A DNA stretch of 48,586 nucleotides from an uncultured Pseudomonadales bacterium (GCA_964443885.1 CAYUES010000002.1:1-48586), one strand, 5' to 3'. Counted from the stretch's first letter, positions 1-8,690 are shown. Numbers and translations: made by a program. Notes: generated by a model not told the origin, from the sequence alone.

Positions 1-1285
1 CTGGATAAAAAGTGCTCTGAAAATCATTTGGTGACATCACAGAAGTTGGCAGCGCTGCTAATTGGCTTCGCAACATCGGCACCCATGAAGCATGATAGCG
101 GAAAAGATCTGGCCCATTATCTGAGTTCAGAGCATTCTGCAGACGCACCCGATAATCCTGGTGTGACTGCTTACTATACTTGATAGTTACATTAGGATTT
201 TTTGATTCGTAATCTTGAATAACTGAAGCCATCGTCTCGCTTGGTTCCCATAGTCCCCAGTACTCGAGAGTTACTTTGGCACCACCAGTTGTAGGCTGAC
301 TAGTTGTTCCTGTTCCGGTCGTTCCAGTTCCTCCTGGGTTAGCAGTTGAACCGGCGGAGTTGCCTCCCGTTGGAGTAGTACTAACACTCGTTGTTCCCGA
401 ACCTCCCAAACCTAAGAAGCGAAATGCCACGAAACCCAAAATTAAAAGTAACAGAACGCCACCACCTATAAATGGTAAAAATTTCATGAATGATTTCTTT
501 GGCTGTGCAAACTGAGGATCTTGAGGGTTTTGTGGATTCTTTGCTCCTTGTGGAGTAGCAGTCATCGTTGGGGCTGGCGCTAGCTTTCCAGCTCCCCCAC
601 CCATAGGGTTAGGTCCTTGAGCCGAAGCAGCAGCTCCTGAAGGCAAACGATTACTAGCCATTGAAGAAAGCGCCGTTAAAGTTTGTGGTGGTTGCTGAAT
701 TCGGACAGGTTGTTGTGGCGCACCAGGTGCAGAACTTTGAGTTGGTGCAGCCGGCGGCATTGCAGTGGCTGGCGGAACTGGCATACCAGCTCGAGCTTGA
801 GGTGCAGTTGGATTAGTCGGCATACCTGGAGCTGGACGAGGTGGCTGTGCTGGTGCTGGTTGACCAGTCGGGGCTGATGGTCTTTGCTGTGCGGCTGGAA
901 CAGATTGATTTTGTACTGGAGGAGTAGCTGGTCTAGGAGCTTGGGCGCCAGCACTTTGTGAAGGTGATGGGACTGGTTGGCCAGTCGGAGCGGCTGGTCT
1001 TTGTTGCGCTGCTGAAGTAGGTGGTGTGGCTGGACGAGGTGGCTGTGCTGGAGAACTGGTAGGTAAAGTAGGTCTAGTTGGCGAGGGCGCACCAGGTGCA
1101 GCTGCGCTCATTGGTGGAGTCGGTACTGTAGGTTTACTTTGTTGATTCTGTTGAGCTTGTTGTGTTTGCGGTGGCATTCCAGGAGTAGCTGATGATCGTG
1201 CAGGAGTAGATGCAGGTGCTTGATTTTGACCACTTGCAGCGGGTTTTACAGGAGGAGTAGCAGGTTTTGGTAATGGCGCGGGCAT
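1..1285 (-). CDS. ABC-type extracellular solute-binding protein (family-1-like). The 5' end is complete and the 3' end lies beyond the window. It has a long Pro/Gln/Ala-rich N-terminal region and one TM helix.
   Basis: Absent from the supplied ORF track because it has no in-window stop. Hand check: the frame with plus-strand triplets at 2-4, 5-7 and so on has no tta/cta/tca from 2 to 1282. The ATG is at 1285-1283 and an in-frame stop lies just upstream. Translation begins MPAPLPKPATPP. The TM helix is FLPFIGGGVLLLLILGFVAF. It is followed by KVTLEYWGLWEPSETMASVIQDYESKNPNVTIKYSKQSHQDYRVRLQNALNSDNGPDLFRYHASW, the usual N-lobe pattern of sugar-type SBPs. Confidence 0.6.
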   Translation of the reverse strand, partial: MPAPLPKPATPPVKPAASGQNQAPASTPARSSATPGMPPQTQQAQQNQQSKPTVPTPPMSAAAPGAPSPTRPTLPTSSPAQPPRPATPPTSAAQQRPAAPTGQPVPSPSQSAGAQAPRPATPPVQNQSVPAAQQRPSAPTGQPAPAQPPRPAPGMPTNPTAPQARAGMPVPPATAMPPAAPTQSSAPGAPQQPVRIQQPPQTLTALSSMASNRLPSGAAASAQGPNPMGGGAGKLAPAPTMTATPQGAKNPQNPQDPQFAQPKKSFMKFLPFIGGGVLLLLILGFVAFRFLGLGGSGTTSVSTTPTGGNSAGSTANPGGTGTTGTGTTSQPTTGGAKVTLEYWGLWEPSETMASVIQDYESKNPNVTIKYSKQSHQDYRVRLQNALNSDNGPDLFRYHASWVPMLRSQLAALPTSVMSPNDFQSTFYP

Positions 1286-1394
1286 AAGTCAATCTTTACA
1301 TTACTGCTGGAACGATAGCGGTAATTCTGACACAATACAGCTACTACTTGTTGATTTCTTTCACTTACTACATGATATCACAACAAGTACCAGT

Positions 1395-3197
1395 ATGTCG
1401 GTTACTAACAAGTATTTTACTATTTTTTTCCCCAAAACTGCAAAGGCAACTCTGTATTCATTTGCTGCAGCTGGTTTTAGTTGTCTTATCGCTGGTATTT
1501 TACTCCTTCTTTACTTCCATGCCAAATCCCATTTACCGATGAATACTACTATTGGAGGTATTGACGTTGGCAACATGACGGCAAACGAAGCCAAAACCGT
1601 TTTAGAGAAAGAGTTTTCTAACCCACCTGAGCAGACAGTCTTGCTTCGGGTAGACGATATTACGGTGGCTTCCAGTTCATCAGAGCTTAAGGCTAAGTAT
1701 GATATTGATGGAGAAATCCTCCCCTTACTTGGCGTGCCTCGAGCGGATCACACTCGTACCAAATTACTTTTTGTCTTGCGTCGGTACTTTACCAATCATC
1801 AAAAAACACTCGACATTACGTATGACCCTGCTGCCGTGACCCAGTTTTTAGAAATCATGCAGAGCAAGGTGGATATTGCGAGTAAACCACCACAGATCCA
1901 ACTAGCTACTAGCAACAATCCAGCAACACTGACTGTTTTCCCCGGTGAAATGGGTCGCGCCATAGATACGGAAGAAACCAGAGCCTTAATTTCTCAAACG
2001 TACCGCTCTGGCCAGTATGAATTGCTAGCTCCAGTGGCCAGTACTGGCGCAGTATTGAGTGAGGTAGCGATTCCAGTCGCTGTGGATCGTGGTAAAAAAT
2101 TGGTTGGTAAATCAATTAGTTTCACCAGAGAAGGCATTCCATTTAGCGTTGGAGATACGGAGCTCGTGAGTTACTTGGTGATTCCAGAAGGAGTCGCGAA
2201 ACAACCTATTATAGATAGTTTGGAACGTTGGGAAACTCAGGTTAATCGCCCACCACAAGAACCTGAGTTTGAGTACGATGCAACGACACTGGCTGTTACA
2301 AAGTTTGTGCCACCACGTAATGGCTTAACATTAGATCGTGAAAAAACTGCCGACCTAATTACACAAGCTATTCAAGAGTTTGAGACCACAACTGATCCTG
2401 AGAAAAAAACTGTTGAGCAACCACTCCCTCTTGCTGAACAACCACCGCAAACAGCTCTCGCTGACCTCAATGACTTGGGCATCAAAGAACGGATTGGCTT
2501 TGGTGAAAGTTACTACGCGCACTCAATTCCCAATCGTATCTATAATGTAGCTCTTGCCACAAAACGCGTCTCGATGACGATCGTAAAGCCTGGCGAAGAG
2601 TACTCATTCAATAAACGAATTGGTGATGTTTCTGCTAGCACTGGCTATAAATCAGCCTATGTAATTCAAGGCAATCGTACGGTGCTGGGCGATGGCGGCG
2701 GCGTTTGTCAGGTGAGTACAACCTTGTTCCGTGCTGTTTTAAATGCCGGCTTAGATGTAACGCGCCGACTTCCTCATAGTTACCGGGTCAGTTACTACGA
2801 ACTCGATACCAAACCAGGCATTGATGCGACAGTTTATTCAGGTGAGACAGACTTTAGATTTCGTAACGACACCGATCAACACCTACTAGTGTATGGTGAA
2901 GCGGACAGCAAAAACTTATACATGTTCTTTGAGATTTACGGTATGTCTGATGGTCGAACTACCGAGATCGTGGACCACAAAACTTGGAACTTCCGCCCTG
3001 CTCCTCCCGCGCAGTACATTCCCGATCCGTCACTTCCACCTGGCAAAACAGTCCAAGTAGACTGGGCAGCCGCAGGAATTAGCGCTAGCTTCAAACATGT
3101 TATAAAAGATAAAGATGGCCAAGTTGTGAGCGAAAACACCTATACTTCCAACTACCGCCCTTGGTCTGCTAAGTATTTGCAAGGTGTGGCACAATAA
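1395..3197 (+). CDS. VanW family protein, membrane-anchored
   Basis: 600-aa ORF with an N-terminal TM helix (AAAGFSCLIAGILLLLYF). The VanW core motif reads GDGGGVCQVSTTLFRAVLNAGLDVTRRLPHSYRVSYYE...GIDATVY...DFRFRND. Confidence 0.8.
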   Translation: MSVTNKYFTIFFPKTAKATLYSFAAAGFSCLIAGILLLLYFHAKSHLPMNTTIGGIDVGNMTANEAKTVLEKEFSNPPEQTVLLRVDDITVASSSSELKAKYDIDGEILPLLGVPRADHTRTKLLFVLRRYFTNHQKTLDITYDPAAVTQFLEIMQSKVDIASKPPQIQLATSNNPATLTVFPGEMGRAIDTEETRALISQTYRSGQYELLAPVASTGAVLSEVAIPVAVDRGKKLVGKSISFTREGIPFSVGDTELVSYLVIPEGVAKQPIIDSLERWETQVNRPPQEPEFEYDATTLAVTKFVPPRNGLTLDREKTADLITQAIQEFETTTDPEKKTVEQPLPLAEQPPQTALADLNDLGIKERIGFGESYYAHSIPNRIYNVALATKRVSMTIVKPGEEYSFNKRIGDVSASTGYKSAYVIQGNRTVLGDGGGVCQVSTTLFRAVLNAGLDVTRRLPHSYRVSYYELDTKPGIDATVYSGETDFRFRNDTDQHLLVYGEADSKNLYMFFEIYGMSDGRTTEIVDHKTWNFRPAPPAQYIPDPSLPPGKTVQVDWAAAGISASFKHVIKDKDGQVVSENTYTSNYRPWSAKYLQGVAQ

Positions 3198-4470
3198 TTT
3201 ACAAAAAAACGCTGCTTCAATTTACAATATTAGATCTGCCAGGGCAAAACCACAAACAAACAGTTGTACGTATTTGAGCTATACTCAAACTATCGTGCGG
3301 TACAAACCACCCTCATTCTTTACTACATTCACCACATTTGTACTGTTGTTGATTTTTGTCGGAACTTTACTGATTGCGCCGTTCTTCGCCACCATCGCAT
3401 CTGCCAATAATTCTGCTGTAAAAATCATCTGCAAAAATAAGGCCGACTGCGAACAAGTCGGGGGTGCTACTCCGTTTTTTACTGCTGAAAACATGGTCCC
3501 TGGTCAGTCTGTTCAGAAATCTGTCCAAGTTCACAACCAACGTAAAAATGAAGGTTGTACCATTAAAATTAGAGGCACAGAAACTGCCAATGAACTCGAA
3601 CAAAACCTGAAGAACCAGCTTGTTTTGAACGTGCTCTATAACAGCCAAAAACTTGTCAGTTATGATCTAGCAACAGTACTTTCGACAACAACACCTTTGC
3701 CAATTGACACCCTCAACGCACAAACCAGTCGCGACTATGACTGGCAACTATACTTCAAAGACTCTGCACATAATTCGTATCAAGGCAGTAAAATTAACTT
3801 CGATTTACACCTGATCTTTACCTGTGATCCAAGTACGACAGAGCCAATTCCAACCCCGACACTCACGCCCTCACCTTCAGCCACTCCTCTGCCCGACTGT
3901 ACAATCAAACCACCGACTGAGAAACCAATCGTCACTATTGCTTCGCAAAAAAACCCAACCACGCTTTCAGTACAGTGGACGAGCGTTCCCACAGCTACCA
4001 ACTACAAACTTAGCTTCGCCACAACCGATACTAGTCGCCGCTACGAAAATACAAGCCTTGGAAACACTCAGCAACATTCAGTAACTGGTCTGCATCCACA
4101 AAAGGATTATTTTTTTGTAATTACTCCTTATCACTCTTGTGCTGCAGGGCCGTCATCAGATCCAGTCTTTATGAATCGAGATCCCACGCAAACGAAGCCT
4201 GTCGATGCCACAGATCAGCTTGAAGGTAGTGACAAAACCTCCCTAGATCCCCCTGGACAAGTACTTGGAGCACAGATCATTGCCACAGAGGGTGCTGACA
4301 TTAATCTTGACTCATCGGATAATAAACGATCTCTAGTTGGGCAGTTTTCGATACTTACTGGCGATGCCATCAATGCATCTGGGGTAGGTTTTACTGCGTT
4401 TTTGATTGCTGTAATAGTTCTTTTCATGCTTTTTAGATACAAAAAGATGCACAAAAAACCCACTTCCTGA
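3184..4470 (+). CDS. Cell-anchored TasA/camelysin-like protein with a Pro/Thr linker, an FN3 domain and a C-terminal TM anchor. The start codon is uncertain.
   Basis: No ATG lies near the 5' end. In-frame alternative starts are GTG 3184, TTG 3274 and GTG 3295. There is an N-terminal hydrophobic segment, FVLLLIFVGTLLIAPFFATIASA. Camelysin-like strands are present: FFTAENMVPGQSVQKSVQVHNQ and YQGSKINFDLHLIFTC. A PT-rich linker (TTEPIPTPTLTPSPSATPLP) is followed by an FN3-like stretch, LSVQWTSVPTATNYKLSF...VTGLHPQKDYFFVITPY. The C-terminus is GFTAFLIAVIVLFMLF followed by RYKKMHKK. Confidence 0.6.
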   Translation: MWHNNLQKNAASIYNIRSARAKPQTNSCTYLSYTQTIVRYKPPSFFTTFTTFVLLLIFVGTLLIAPFFATIASANNSAVKIICKNKADCEQVGGATPFFTAENMVPGQSVQKSVQVHNQRKNEGCTIKIRGTETANELEQNLKNQLVLNVLYNSQKLVSYDLATVLSTTTPLPIDTLNAQTSRDYDWQLYFKDSAHNSYQGSKINFDLHLIFTCDPSTTEPIPTPTLTPSPSATPLPDCTIKPPTEKPIVTIASQKNPTTLSVQWTSVPTATNYKLSFATTDTSRRYENTSLGNTQQHSVTGLHPQKDYFFVITPYHSCAAGPSSDPVFMNRDPTQTKPVDATDQLEGSDKTSLDPPGQVLGAQIIATEGADINLDSSDNKRSLVGQFSILTGDAINASGVGFTAFLIAVIVLFMLFRYKKMHKKPTS

Positions 4471-4717
4471 TCGCAATTGATAGCATTTATAGATGATTGT
4501 ATCCACTTGACGGCACCTTCCTTTATTCAGTATTGTTATTAGTGAAGCAATAATTTCATAATTATTACTAGAGCATACTGCGATTTATGACGTCACAAAT
4601 TATGAAAAATTAATTGATGGATCGTAATAATAAGTAGCTACTGGCCTGCAGAGATATATAGAGTGCGCAGAAAAACAACTGAATAAATAATAATATAAAC
4701 ACAGAAAGGTTTATACA

Positions 4718-5353
4718 ATGAAGAAAAAAGTCCTGCTCTTTTTAGTAGTGATTGGTGTATTTGTTGGTGGAGGCTACGCGCTAACCCAAGCTCTCTTCTC
4801 GGATACCGAGACCTCAGCGAGTAACACTATTGCTGCTGGAACTTTAGATATGACAGTTGATGGCGAGAACGGCACTGCCTTCGATAGTATTGCCGTCGAA
4901 AACGTCGGCGCAACAGGCACAGACAGTGGTGAAAAAGAATGGACGATCCGAAATGCCGGAACAGTTCCAGGCACACTTTCGTTTGGTGTCAACAGTGTGA
5001 CCAACACCGAAAATGGCTGTAATGAGCCAGAGCTCGTCACTGAGCCTGCTTGTGAAGCTGACAACGAAGGTGAACTTGGTGCCGCAACCACCGCTATCGT
5101 CAAGATTGATACCGACAGCGATGGCGACTATGACGAAGAAGATGCAATTGCGACTACTACGCTCGCAACTGCAAATCAAGGCGTCTTTGCTTCAAGTTGG
5201 ACTACCAACGCTGGTGTTGTTACTATCCCAGCCGGTGAAACAAAGAAAGTTAAGATGTTCTGGTCAAATGACCCAACTGCTTATGGCAATGAAATTCAAA
5301 GTGATGCCTTAGCATTTGAGGTTCAATTCAACCTGACCCAGGTAACTCCGTAA
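4718..5353 (+). CDS. TasA/camelysin-family secreted protein with a SipW-dependent-type signal peptide (candidate major fibre subunit)
   Basis: The N-terminus MKKKVLLFLVVIGVFVGGGYALTQALFSDTETSASNTIAAGTLDMTV is the classic SipW-cognate signal and mature start. The C-terminal strand is GNEIQSDALAFEVQFNLTQV. A GAAAGG Shine-Dalgarno-like motif lies 8 nt upstream and an intrinsic terminator follows the gene. Confidence 0.8.
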   Translation: MKKKVLLFLVVIGVFVGGGYALTQALFSDTETSASNTIAAGTLDMTVDGENGTAFDSIAVENVGATGTDSGEKEWTIRNAGTVPGTLSFGVNSVTNTENGCNEPELVTEPACEADNEGELGAATTAIVKIDTDSDGDYDEEDAIATTTLATANQGVFASSWTTNAGVVTIPAGETKKVKMFWSNDPTAYGNEIQSDALAFEVQFNLTQVTP

Positions 5354-5390
5354 GTATGAATACGGACGCGATTTAACAATGGACAGTCGT

Positions 5391-5420
5391 ACGGAGGGTG
5401 CAAACCCTCCGTATTGTTTT
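5391..5420 (+). terminator. Rho-independent terminator after the TasA-like gene
   Basis: acggaggg-tgcaaa-ccctccgt forms a perfect 8-bp GC-rich stem and is followed by attgtttt. Confidence 0.6.
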
Positions 5421-5471
5421 GCCACAGTAAATAAACTTACTAAGTAATCGCAGAACAAACTATTACAGCAT

Positions 5472-5981
5472 ATGCAGATACTTCTCAAAACTCTCTCTAT
5501 ACTATTTTGGACTGGCTACGGAGCCTTTATTATCCTCAGCTTTGTTATCAGCGCATCGAGTAGCAAACGTTCCAACCTACCGTTTCAAAGTTTTATTGTC
5601 CAAACAGCTTCAATGGAGCCCACCATCATGACTGGTGATGTCATCTTCATCAAACCACAAGAAAAGTACGCGTTACAAGACATCATTACCTTTACAAATG
5701 ATGAGAATCAGACAATTACCCATCGCATTATCGCAAGTAATGTTAGTACTGATAAAACTACGTTCACAACCCAAGGTGACAACAATACAACAGAAGATCC
5801 CAAACAAGTTGCAACTCAGCAAATTTTAGGAAAGTTTCAAGCCAAGATTCCAAAAGCTGGCTATGTACTGGTAAATGCTCAAAAGCCAACCAACCTCTTT
5901 TTACTCATCGCCATTCCGCTTGCTGTAATCATTGGCGGTGAAGTATTTAAGAAAAAAGACGAAAAACATGCTCAGAAATAA
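5472..5981 (+). CDS. Signal peptidase I, SipW/archaeal-ER type (S26B), copy 1
   Basis: 169 aa with N- and C-terminal TM helices. Catalytic-box motifs are QTASMEPTIMTGDVIFI, TITHRI and TQGDNNTTEDP. Confidence 0.85.
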   Translation: MQILLKTLSILFWTGYGAFIILSFVISASSSKRSNLPFQSFIVQTASMEPTIMTGDVIFIKPQEKYALQDIITFTNDENQTITHRIIASNVSTDKTTFTTQGDNNTTEDPKQVATQQILGKFQAKIPKAGYVLVNAQKPTNLFLLIAIPLAVIIGGEVFKKKDEKHAQK

Positions 5982-5983
5982 TT

Positions 5984-6565
5984 GTGAGAAAACAAGCGAC
6001 TCTCGGACTACTCGTTAAATCTCTGCTATTTATGATGGCTGTTTTTGCTGCGTATTCACAGTTCACCGATGCCGATCTCTTTGACCAAGAAGGCGTTTCT
6101 GGCAACTCATTTGTAGCCACCACTTTGGACTTCTCTACTCTGGATACCGCCAACCAAACCAACAAGACCTTGTTTTTTTCAGTCAACGGCATGGTGCCAA
6201 CAGGCTTCCAGATTGAGTCTGTCCGTCTTAAAAACTCAGGTAACCTCGAATTTCCGTACTCTGTCAGCGTTGCACAAACGGCTGGCTCTGCCCCACTCTG
6301 CCAGAACTTGGATCTGGTTGTGCTGCAGGAATGGACCCCAATTTATACGGGGAAGTTACTCGAGTTGCAGCTTGCAGGTGAACTTGCAGCACAAGAAAAC
6401 TGGGAAGACTTGGTGTTTGTGGTCAAGTTTAATAACACTGACGGCGCGCTCAAAAACCAGACCTGCTCGTTTATCTTCACGTTTACTACTGCCCTGACTG
6501 GCAACTCTTTTTCTGATACGGAAACTCTGGAAAATACCATTAGTACCGGAGCGTGGGCCGAGTAA
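5984..6565 (+). CDS. TasA/camelysin-like secreted protein (short paralogue, candidate minor subunit)
   Basis: The GTG start lies 2 nt after the sipW-like stop, suggesting translational coupling. The signal peptide plus AYSQFTDADLFDQEGVSGNSFVATTLDFS resembles the SipW-cognate pattern. FFSVNGMVPTGFQIESVRLKNSGNLEF matches the FF..NMVPG strand of the 3184 protein. Confidence 0.65.
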   Translation: MRKQATLGLLVKSLLFMMAVFAAYSQFTDADLFDQEGVSGNSFVATTLDFSTLDTANQTNKTLFFSVNGMVPTGFQIESVRLKNSGNLEFPYSVSVAQTAGSAPLCQNLDLVVLQEWTPIYTGKLLELQLAGELAAQENWEDLVFVVKFNNTDGALKNQTCSFIFTFTTALTGNSFSDTETLENTISTGAWAE

Positions 6566-6664
6566 AGAGTCGACGCAAGTTTGATGAAGTCTTGTGTAGC
6601 TTTGCAACGGCAGTATATGAGAAAATGAAAAGCGCAGCAACATTGAAGAAGTCGGAACTACTGT

Positions 6665-7312
6665 ATGTTAAAAAACTTGGGAATTCTAAAGAGTTTATTT
6701 TTGCTATCGCTCGTAGGGGTAATTGGTTTTATGGCTACCCAAGCGCTGTTTATTGATCGGGAAACCTCACAGGAGAGTAGTTTCGTCGTCGGAACTCTCG
6801 ATATGACCGTTGGTGGACCAGGCAGTGAACAAGCCGAAAGCATCCAAGTAAACGGCGTTGGCGCCCAGAATCTTGTATCGGGCGGCAAGTCTTGGACAAT
6901 TAATAATGTCGGTAGCTTACCGGGTAAGTTTTCATTTGAACTACAAAACATCAAAAATATTGAAAACGGCTGCAATGAACCAGAATCCCTCGAGGACACC
7001 AGTTGCGGCACCCCTGGAGATGGCCAAGGTGAGTTGGGCGCCGTAATCTTAACCACTATCAAAGTTACAGAGCCCAATCAAGCTGAACGAACGATTTTTT
7101 CTAGTAATTTAAGTACTGAAAATGCCGATGAGTACCAAACCTTTTGGAAGAACAATGCTGGCACTGTCACAATCCCGGCTGGCAAAAGTTTGATCCTCAC
7201 TATGGAGTGGTCGACTCAAAACAGTCAGTTTGGCAATGAAGTCCAGAGTGACAGCGTACTGTTTGATTTAGTATTCAATCTCAATCAAGTTTTACCAGGA
7301 CAAAATAACTAA
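6665..7312 (+). CDS. TasA/camelysin-family secreted protein, paralogue of 4718..5353
   Basis: The N-terminus is ...LVGVIGFMATQALFIDRETSQESSFVVGTLDMTV. It shares ENGCNEPE-x6-C, GELGA, NNAGTVTIPAG and GNEVQSDSVLFDLVFNLNQV blocks with the 4718 protein. Confidence 0.8.
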   Translation: MLKNLGILKSLFLLSLVGVIGFMATQALFIDRETSQESSFVVGTLDMTVGGPGSEQAESIQVNGVGAQNLVSGGKSWTINNVGSLPGKFSFELQNIKNIENGCNEPESLEDTSCGTPGDGQGELGAVILTTIKVTEPNQAERTIFSSNLSTENADEYQTFWKNNAGTVTIPAGKSLILTMEWSTQNSQFGNEVQSDSVLFDLVFNLNQVLPGQNN

Positions 7313-7376
7313 GGAGCTACTAGGCCAGGAACATACGCGAAACCGAGTTGTACTCTTGAACTGAGAAGCCACAATC

Positions 7377-7907
7377 ATGCCAACTGCCGCTGGGATTAAA
7401 ACATTCTTTTTTTACGTACTGATCACAGCTTTTTTTGCATTTCTCAGTTATCAACTAGTGTTGTGGTTTCGCCAGAATGTTTCTTGGCGCAGCTACGTCG
7501 TTCAGTCAGGTTCGATGGAACCAAGTATCATGACTGGCGACATGATCATCATCAAAAAGCAGGAAAAATACCAGAAAGCTGACGTCATTACCTTCAAAGA
7601 TGACAACGAACGAACGGTCACCCACCGGGTTACCGAGGTGGGTACGAGTCAGCCAATTACCTTGACGACCAAAGGTGATGCCAACGAAACCGCTGATGCT
7701 GGCACCATTAAACTCGAGCAAGTGATCGGCAAAGTCGTCTACGTCATTCCAAAGTTTGGGTATGTGGTGCAGTTTATCAAGACTCCTTGGGGATTTATCT
7801 TGACGATTTTGGTACCAGCTATTCTGATTTTGTATGATGAATCGAAGTCTGTTTGGGCAGACTCACAAGGTGGCCGCAAAGGCAGGAGACGGCGAATTGA
7901 GCAGTAA
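7377..7907 (+). CDS. Signal peptidase I, SipW/archaeal-ER type (S26B), copy 2
   Basis: 176 aa. Motifs are QSGSMEPSIMTGDMIII, TVTHRV and TKGDANETAD. There are terminal TM helices and a basic C-terminal tail. Confidence 0.85.
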   Translation: MPTAAGIKTFFFYVLITAFFAFLSYQLVLWFRQNVSWRSYVVQSGSMEPSIMTGDMIIIKKQEKYQKADVITFKDDNERTVTHRVTEVGTSQPITLTTKGDANETADAGTIKLEQVIGKVVYVIPKFGYVVQFIKTPWGFILTILVPAILILYDESKSVWADSQGGRKGRRRRIEQ

Positions 7908-7937
7908 GTTCTATTTGAATAGCTATCGTTCGAACGC

Positions 7938-8690
7938 TTATTTCTTATTTTTTAAGTAGTCACCCATACCCTCAACTGCGCGCAAGATTTCCAGTGGCAC
8001 GGCAAAGACGACCGTATTTGATTGATCTGAACTAATGTCATTGATCGAGTTGAGGGTGCGCAAGTGCAACGCACCCGGAGTTTGTGCCATCGTTGCAGCT
8101 GCTTGAGCCAAGTTTTGTGCAGCAATAACTTCACCTTCAGAGTTAATGATAGTGGCACGCTTTTCGCGCTCTGCTTCAGCGGTTTTTGCCATTGTCCGAA
8201 CCATACTTTCTGGCAACTCAATGTCTTTGAGCTCGACGGTCTCGACTGTGACACCCCACTGCTCTGTTGCCACGTCTACGATCTGCAAGATTTGAGCAGC
8301 AATTTTTTCTCGGTTTGAAAGGAGTTCATCTAGGGTTGCTTCGCCCGCAATCCGACGCATCGTGGTTTGCGCCAGTTGTGAGACCGCCCAGATTACATTT
8401 TCCACTTCATTAATAGCGCTCGCCGCATCGATAATCTTGAAGTAAATCACTGCATTCATCTTGCAGGAAACGTTGTCTTTGGTGATCGTTTCTTGTTTTG
8501 GCACGTCCATTGCTCGAGTACGGATATCCACTTTAGTCATGCTTTGAAAGATTGGCAGGACAACTCTCCAGCCTGGACCGACGATCCCGGTGAAGCGCCC
8601 CATCGTGTACATGACGCCGCGCTCGTATTGGTTGACCTGGCGTAGGGAAATAAGAATGATAAAAACGATAATTCCAAGGAAGATTAGCAT
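7938..8690 (-). CDS. SPFH/band-7 (stomatin/slipin-like) membrane protein
   Basis: 250 aa with an N-terminal TM helix. It reads QYERGVMYTMGRF...GPGW..VLPIFQ...VDIRT, with an Ala/Glu-rich coiled C-terminal half typical of SPFH proteins. Confidence 0.85.
   Translation of the reverse strand: MLIFLGIIVFIILISLRQVNQYERGVMYTMGRFTGIVGPGWRVVLPIFQSMTKVDIRTRAMDVPKQETITKDNVSCKMNAVIYFKIIDAASAINEVENVIWAVSQLAQTTMRRIAGEATLDELLSNREKIAAQILQIVDVATEQWGVTVETVELKDIELPESMVRTMAKTAEAEREKRATIINSEGEVIAAQNLAQAAATMAQTPGALHLRTLNSINDISSDQSNTVVFAVPLEILRAVEGMGDYLKNKK

Noticed and set aside
676-1092. Track ORFs 676..1092(-) and 683..877(+), each looking like a protein-coding gene
   Set aside because: They lie in alternative frames of the Pro/Gln-rich 5' part of the real minus-strand gene (1..1285). 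Their translations are low-complexity (H/L/Q-rich or W/C/R-rich) frame artefacts.
4588-4595. TGACGTCA perfect palindrome in the spacer upstream of the TasA-like gene as a regulator binding site
   Set aside because: An isolated 8-bp palindrome in a 247-bp AT-rich spacer is expected by chance. No second copy or partner half-site was seen.
6553-6756. 67-aa plus-strand ORF bridging the 5984 and 6665 genes
   Set aside because: It overlaps the end of one TasA-like gene and the start of the next in another frame. It has no motifs, and the 6665 ATG gives a proper signal peptide.
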